DNA of 64,000 nucleotides from positions 352,001 to 416,000 of the forward strand of contig CAWFUG010000011.1 in assembly GCA_963818965.1 (NCBI GenBank), given 5' to 3'. The notes below the pieces were generated by a model. That model ran no database searches, was not told where the DNA came from, and saw only the letters and a program-made list of their open reading frames with translations. A program made the translations under genes and the position numbers. Origin of the DNA: an uncultured Verrucomicrobiae bacterium (GTDB lineage: Bacteria; Chlamydiota; Chlamydiia; Chlamydiales; Rhabdochlamydiaceae). How positions within the stretch are numbered: position 1 is the stretch's first letter; the number at the start of each line of letters is the position of its first letter. Positions 58,877 through 64,000 of this stretch are shown in pieces.

Positions 58877-58906
58877 TATACCGATTCTTGAGTCACGTTC
58901 GGTATA
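58877..58906. repeat. 30-bp TATACCGA...TCGGTATA hairpin after dnaA
   Basis: TATACCGATTCTTGAGTCACGTTCGGTATA. Confidence 0.45.
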
Positions 58907-58922
58907 AAAAGGAGGTTTAAAA

Positions 58923-59108
58923 ATGACCCCGAAAGATCCCCCCTCCTTCGAAAATCAAGAGCGCACCCACTCCTCTCCCCTCTCTGAAGATCTGGCCGAG
59001 CGCCCACCCCACCCTTTCTCCACAGACTACATGAACGCGCATCCCGCCTCAAAACCTCTCGATACAGAGATCTCAGGGGGCAAAGAGAGCGAGACACCAC
59101 TGTCTTAA
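58923..59108 (+). CDS. Small Pro/Ser/Glu-rich hypothetical protein (61 aa)
   Basis: Strong RBS AAGGAGG before ATG; fills the gap after dnaA. Confidence 0.5.
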   Translation: MTPKDPPSFENQERTHSSPLSEDLAERPPHPFSTDYMNAHPASKPLDTEISGGKESETPLS

Positions 59109-59128
59109 AAAACTAGATCAAGAGAGCA

Positions 59129-60139
59129 CTAGTCTTTCTCAATAATTTCTACAGCTACCTGTTCGTGATAAATATTGTAGGCCAAATAGCGTGCTCCTAA
59201 ACCCGCTCTGTCCAGGAATTCTTGGAACGCTTTAAATTCATGATTTTCACAGCCGGGATAATTGTATAATTCATCAAAAACCAGGATGGTTCCTGGGCCT
59301 ATTTTAGACCCGAGGATTTGAAAAGCTGTTACTGCAGAGGAATAAATATCGCTATCGATATGCAGAAAAGCGATAGGATCTTCTGAGTCGCATCCTTTTA
59401 TGAAATCCGTTAAGGTTTGATCGAACCAGCCTTTGATGAGCTCTACATTGTGTAGAACCGGAGGCAGGAGATCGGGATTTTTAAATCCAAACGTCCCCGC
59501 CGAAATGGTTTTGTCATTCCTCACCCAATCTTCTGGCAAACCTTCAAAAGAATCAAATCCATAGATTTTTTGATGGGGATTCAAGGCGGCAATAAAGTTG
59601 ATTGTTTTTCCCGTGCAGACGCCTAGCTCAATGAAAAGCCCTTTGAGCTTTACATGATCCGATCCGTATCGCAACACTTCCGCATCTGATGAAACAGGCT
59701 CCGCACAACCTAAGTATTTTTCTACAAAAAGGTGCGCTTGCTCATTTTCCCAATAAGGCTTGTTCTGGGATTTATACCCCGAGCGCTTGAGGATGGTGCA
59801 TTTGAGCCGCGTGAAAGCTCCCGCGATTCCACGATCGAAGAGGGGGCCTGTATTTCTTCAATACTGGCCCCCTCTTCGATCGTGGAATCCCGGGGCTTTG
59901 ACGCGCTCAAATGCACCATCCTCAAGCGCTCGGGGTATAAAATGCAGAATTTGGTTGCCCGTTATTTGATGTGTTCCTGGAGGAATGGCAAGAACTGTGC
60001 TCCAATCAAATTTTTCAACTGCCCATCCAGGAACGTGACAAAGGACACCCACAAAAAGGGCAATAGACCAGCACCCAACCCAAAGAACCTTTAAGCGTTG
60101 GAATTTCAATAGAAATAAGGGCATTTCAATGGATTTCAT
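59129..60139 (-). pseudogene. TylF/MycF-like class I SAM methyltransferase interrupted by a palindromic element
   Basis: ELGVCTG, YGFDSFEGLP, IKGWF, FLHIDSDIYSS, VFDE; ORFs 59858-60139 and 59129-59677 share one frame, separated only by a TGA inside the insertion. Confidence 0.82.
59773..59939. mobile_element. Family B full-length MITE-like element (167 bp including both TA)
   Basis: Near-perfect palindrome TATACCCCGAGCGCTTGAGGATGGTGCATTTGAGC ... GCTCAAATGCACCATCCTCAAGCGCTCGGGGTATA; removal with one TA restores the host ORF. Confidence 0.92.
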
Positions 60140-60143
60140 TTTC

Positions 60144-61592
60144 TTAACCCACCCAGTCGTCAGGGTCTTGTTCTCTATACACCATGCAGCCTGGAGAAAT
60201 CTCTAACAGCTCTTGTGTTTCATCGAGGCAAAGCTTTCGTAGAGCAGGTAATTTTCCAAGCACACCAGGAAGTGGGTTCGGTAGCTGATTGTGCCAAATA
60301 TAGAGACTTGTCAGGGCAGAGAGTTGGCTTAGCGTCGTTGGAAGAGACTTCAGATCGTTATAGCCAATATTCAACACTTTTAAATGGGATAAATTTCCAA
60401 TGGCATCGGGTAGAGAAGAAAGAGCGCACTCAGCAAGGTAGAGGTTAGACAAATTTGAGAGTTTACCGATGTCTGGTGGGAGCTCTTTTACCCTGTTGCC
60501 TGAAAAATTAAGCTGTCGCAAAGAGGTTACAGTGCAGAGGGGCTTTGGGAAAGCGGTAAAAGCATTCTCATTTAGGCTAAGTTCCCTTAAGGTTAATTCA
60601 CTAATGTCTTCAGGAAGGGAGGAGAGCTGGTTCTTCCAAAGGCATAGGTCTGTCAGGGATGTTATTTTTTGCAGATTACAGGGAAACTGAGAAAATCGGT
60701 CCTGGCCTAGGTTGAGAATTTTCAATTTTGTTAGATTCTCAATAGATCTTGAAAGAAAACAGACATGATTCGCAGTCAGATAGAGAACTTCAAGTTGAGA
60801 AAGAGAGCAAATTTCTTCAGGAAATCTCGTGAAAGATTTGCCGAATAGGCTGAGGTTATCATCTTCTCGATACACCGATATACATCCTTCCGAGCGGAGG
60901 AAATCAGCTACTAATGAAATCCTCGTGACAATGTCGGGCCCAGCGTCCCAGACAACGTCTAGCGCACTGTCTACGACAGCATTTAGCTTCTTATCCCTTT
61001 CCGTTTCTGGCTCCTTTTCCCTATCTGTCTTTGGCGTATCCTCTGTGTAAGTGCCTGGCAGCCCAGCTTCGGCAATGATCAGCGGATCGTATTCAGGCAT
61101 ACAGAGAATACATAAGTGAATATCCTCAATTAGCTGATCCATTTTGCGATAAGTAGAAAGATCGTGTACATCAAGCGTAAAAGAGGCAGAAGCATACTCG
61201 GGGCTTTCCCCGTTCTGTACACCCACGGGATTTATAATAAACGACTGGAGTTCCTTGCGAAGTTTTGTAGATGCTGCGTGGAATATTTGCGAGATGGAGG
61301 GATGGGGATTGAGACAGCCGCGCAGGTAAGCTTGAAGGCTTTCAGAAAACAGCTGTAAAAGGGGTTCTCTAGATTCAAGAGGTGTGTGGGCTATTTTGTA
61401 AAATGAGGAAGATACAGAAGCTAGCCTCAGAGGGTTGCAGCATTTTACAAATAGACCATACAGAATAATCTCCTTGGGTACGCCGTAAAATTCACTTTTT
61501 AAAAGATCATCCTTACCCTCTCTTGCCAAAACCGATTCTACAGGAATAATAGGAATAAATGAGCCTTGTGAAGCTACAGGAGCAAGCGCCAT
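60144..61592 (-). CDS. LRR protein with a degenerate F-box-like N-terminal segment
   Basis: Regular 23-aa LRRs (LPxDIGxLSxLxxLxLxxN); FYGVPKEIILYGLF..LASVSSSFYKIA; RBS AGGAGG before ATG 61592. Confidence 0.82.
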   Translation of the reverse strand: MALAPVASQGSFIPIIPVESVLAREGKDDLLKSEFYGVPKEIILYGLFVKCCNPLRLASVSSSFYKIAHTPLESREPLLQLFSESLQAYLRGCLNPHPSISQIFHAASTKLRKELQSFIINPVGVQNGESPEYASASFTLDVHDLSTYRKMDQLIEDIHLCILCMPEYDPLIIAEAGLPGTYTEDTPKTDREKEPETERDKKLNAVVDSALDVVWDAGPDIVTRISLVADFLRSEGCISVYREDDNLSLFGKSFTRFPEEICSLSQLEVLYLTANHVCFLSRSIENLTKLKILNLGQDRFSQFPCNLQKITSLTDLCLWKNQLSSLPEDISELTLRELSLNENAFTAFPKPLCTVTSLRQLNFSGNRVKELPPDIGKLSNLSNLYLAECALSSLPDAIGNLSHLKVLNIGYNDLKSLPTTLSQLSALTSLYIWHNQLPNPLPGVLGKLPALRKLCLDETQELLEISPGCMVYREQDPDDWVG

Positions 61593-61713
61593 AAGATACC
61601 TCCTTTTTTCTAGGATTGGTCGCGATCGAGGGGGAGATTCTATTTCAGCCGGCGGATTGGTTTCTACCGAAAAAGAAATTATACCACTTGAGTATGAGTG
61701 TTTGGCAATAACC

Positions 61714-62412
61714 TCAGAGATCTTCCACACAGAGAGCAAGCGCGTCGATACTAGCGGGTCCTCCGACTAAGAGCGCGATTCCCGCCTCTCTGAGCAACTG
61801 ATCCTCGAGTGTCGGCGCTACCAACAACAACCTTTGGTCGGCAAATCCTTTTGCCAAACGAGAGCGCAGGGTAAAGGTGTAGTGCATGGGCTCTCCTCGG
61901 ATGAACTGCGCGTGGGCATAAGACGCTTTTAATGGCACAAACAAAGGCACATCGAGTAATTTTGCTACAGCTGCTGCAAGGGAGCGATGGGGATCACCCT
62001 CGGCGCCTAATCTCTTTATCCAGGGTAAAGGAAGAGGGACCACGCCATCGGGCAAAGGTCGTTCTCGTTTTAACCACTGATAGACCATGAGAGACGCCGC
62101 TGCTGCAACTGCTTTTCTCTCCCCTTTTTGTACCTCCCTCAGCAAACTCCGCGCGGGGCCTACGGCCTCGAGCGCTGCCATCTGCTCGCCGATGACCCGT
62201 CTACGGGAGCGGCACCGCTGACAACCCCCTTTTCCCAGCTCAAAAAAGCAGCGCGCACACCGCTTTCGCTCCTCGCTCAACGGCAAATTCTCTAAACAAA
62301 CAGAACAGAAAAGCGGGCCTAGGACGAAAAGGCTACGGCCACAACAAAGACAGAGCGAAGGATAGATCCACTGAACGCATTCGGAAAGGATCTTTTTAAA
62401 ACTGAATGCCAT
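61714..62412 (-). CDS. ComF-like protein (double zinc ribbon + degenerate PRTase fold)
   Basis: YPSLCLCC..CSVC..CARC..CQRC, VVPLPL; PRPP-binding DD motif degenerate (LLLVAPT). Confidence 0.72.
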   Translation of the reverse strand: MAFSFKKILSECVQWIYPSLCLCCGRSLFVLGPLFCSVCLENLPLSEERKRCARCFFELGKGGCQRCRSRRRVIGEQMAALEAVGPARSLLREVQKGERKAVAAAASLMVYQWLKRERPLPDGVVPLPLPWIKRLGAEGDPHRSLAAAVAKLLDVPLFVPLKASYAHAQFIRGEPMHYTFTLRSRLAKGFADQRLLLVAPTLEDQLLREAGIALLVGGPASIDALALCVEDL

Positions 62413-64000
62413 AGCGCAGCTTGTCGAGCGTGCCACGGACTGTCAGCGTGAAAGGCTCTGCCAATTTCAGCAGTGCCTCTTGCTCTACTTTGAGGTTGAT
62501 GTGGACATTGCCTGAGAGATCGATGTAGGAGAGTTCTGAAGTGGGAGCGAGGTAGAACTCTGAGCGGTTCCCTTCACTGAAGGCGTTTTTTAAGGAGAGA
62601 AGGTAGCACTTATCTCCGCGTAGCTCGAGATCGACTTCCCCTTCTGCTGGGGTGAAGATGCTCGGATCGAGTCCGATGTCTTTAAAAAGCCCAATCGGTA
62701 AATCGAAAATCGAGGATTCTTTCTTCCACTGGTTGGTGAAGGTCAAGTGTCCCGACGCCTCGAAACTCGAGAAATCGTCCAACTTGCCGTGCATGTCTTT
62801 AAGGAGGAGATTTCTAATCGAGAAAGGACGCATGGATGGAGTCGAGCCGTCGATTTTACGAAAGAGGCTCGGTCGCATCTCGCGCACCAAGATCTGCGGG
62901 ATGAACACATCCCAATCTACCTCTTTTTTGAGGGCGATTCTTTTGACGCCGACGACACCGGAAGGATCTTCGATTCTCAAATTGGAAAGATAGAGACGAT
63001 CGGTTGCTGCTTCGAGATGGGATTCGAAGTGCTCGAGACGGAGGCCCAACAGCTCAAAATCATCGCCAGAGAGCTGGCCGCTGACTTGAAATTGGCGGGG
63101 GTCGGCTTTCCACAGGGTCAGATCCCCTTGCCATTTGTATCCCGAGCCGACTTGGAAGCGCTCAAAAGCGTTGCGTACGGTGGAGGGAAGAAGAGGTGCG
63201 AGCGTAGTTGCATCGCATGTGATCTTTCCTGTTAGGATACTAGATCCTAAGAGAGTGCGTTTAGGGTGTTTTTCCAGCTGACAAGAGACTCCGTAGCAAC
63301 TGCCGCGCATGCTGTCCCAACAAAATCCTTCCTCTGTCGTCGAAAAGAAGAGCATGAGTCCTTCCTTGCTTGGATCATCGAATAGGCGAATGACGCCCAA
63401 AGGCGTTTTAGAAAGATTCATCTGGACACTGAAATAGAGCGGAGATTCTTGTACTGTAGTTTTCGCTTTGAGCAGCATTTGCTGCTTTTCATAACGCAAT
63501 TGGAGCGTCTCGCAAGCGAGGGTGTGGGTATCGATGCCGTAATCGCCCGAGGGAAGATGTCCCAAAAATCTAGGACCTTCTGTCGTGAAGGTCACGTCGC
63601 CTTGTAATTGGAGAGTATCTGCAAAGCTCATACGGGAAGCGAAAGTGGGAAGGATCTTCTGTTTAGTGAGATGGTATAAAAAGTCAGGGGTAAGGGAGAG
63701 CTGGAAATCCTTTAAGCAAAATTCTCCTGTCTCTTCTTTTTCCAATTTTTCTGCGGTTAAGCGGAGCATCGGTGCAGTATGATCGGGTTGTTGACAGACA
63801 AAATCGATTCCCTGATATTTCCATCCGTCTTCCATCGAAAAAGCGAGTTTGAGAGGTTTTTGGGAATGCAGCGTCAGATGTAACGACTCTTCCGCATCGA
63901 GGATTAAGGACACTTCAGCTTGTAGTTGTAGAGCTCGGGAATAATCGGCGTGGAGCAACCCACTTGCGAGTGCTTTGCCCTGAGGTAACGAGAGGTTTTT
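62396..64000 (-). CDS. Large beta-rich hypothetical protein (possibly AsmA-like), 5' end outside the window
   Basis: Frame is open to the window edge; C-terminal beta-rich PFTLTVRGTLDKL. Confidence 0.6.
   Translation of the reverse strand, partial: KNLSLPQGKALASGLLHADYSRALQLQAEVSLILDAEESLHLTLHSQKPLKLAFSMEDGWKYQGIDFVCQQPDHTAPMLRLTAEKLEKEETGEFCLKDFQLSLTPDFLYHLTKQKILPTFASRMSFADTLQLQGDVTFTTEGPRFLGHLPSGDYGIDTHTLACETLQLRYEKQQMLLKAKTTVQESPLYFSVQMNLSKTPLGVIRLFDDPSKEGLMLFFSTTEEGFCWDSMRGSCYGVSCQLEKHPKRTLLGSSILTGKITCDATTLAPLLPSTVRNAFERFQVGSGYKWQGDLTLWKADPRQFQVSGQLSGDDFELLGLRLEHFESHLEAATDRLYLSNLRIEDPSGVVGVKRIALKKEVDWDVFIPQILVREMRPSLFRKIDGSTPSMRPFSIRNLLLKDMHGKLDDFSSFEASGHLTFTNQWKKESSIFDLPIGLFKDIGLDPSIFTPAEGEVDLELRGDKCYLLSLKNAFSEGNRSEFYLAPTSELSYIDLSGNVHINLKVEQEALLKLAEPFTLTVRGTLDKLRYGIQF

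Noticed and set aside
59858..59860. Selenocysteine or Trp recoding of the in-frame TGA
   Set aside because: The TGA lies inside a repeat found elsewhere in the window, not at a catalytic position; TGA is a normal stop in neighbouring genes; no sel genes seen.
59722..60094. Overlapping small ORFs (59722-59925, 59732-60094, 59760-59969)
   Set aside because: Products of the GC-rich palindrome; the same peptide appears on both strands.

Overview
This is a chromosomal window from an environmental Chlamydiota (Chlamydia-related) bacterium. The assignment rests on the ATP/ADP translocase, the ytgA-B-CR-D-dxr-rseP, npt1-lepA-gnd and serS-VIT1-zntA blocks, hrcA-grpE-dnaK with a CIRCE operator, and a mraZ-rsmH-ftsL-ftsI-murE-amiA cluster next to a TPR chaperone and dnaA. 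Accessory content has three parts. (1) A 12.3-kb tandem array of six paralogous, modular, effector-like genes (22236-34561) shares an unnamed N-terminal helical domain; the first gene carries an intact eukaryote-type USP deubiquitinase domain. (2) Five F-box-like genes. (3) A dense population of small palindromic elements: a CCACAGAG-based family with six copies, all between co-directional genes; hairpin elements with TATACC...GGTATA ends; and a GAGCC...GGCTC family. One TATACC element is a net 165-bp in-frame insertion splitting a methyltransferase gene, one rewrites the NagZ C-terminus, and one is nested inside a CCACAGAG element. Other features are rsmH split at a T9 run, an orphan BclA C-terminal-like domain inside the cell-wall cluster, an 18-bp VNTR and tRNA-Arg(CCT). 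No transposase, integrase, CRISPR array or rRNA was seen. All family assignments come from motif recognition by eye; no searches were run.
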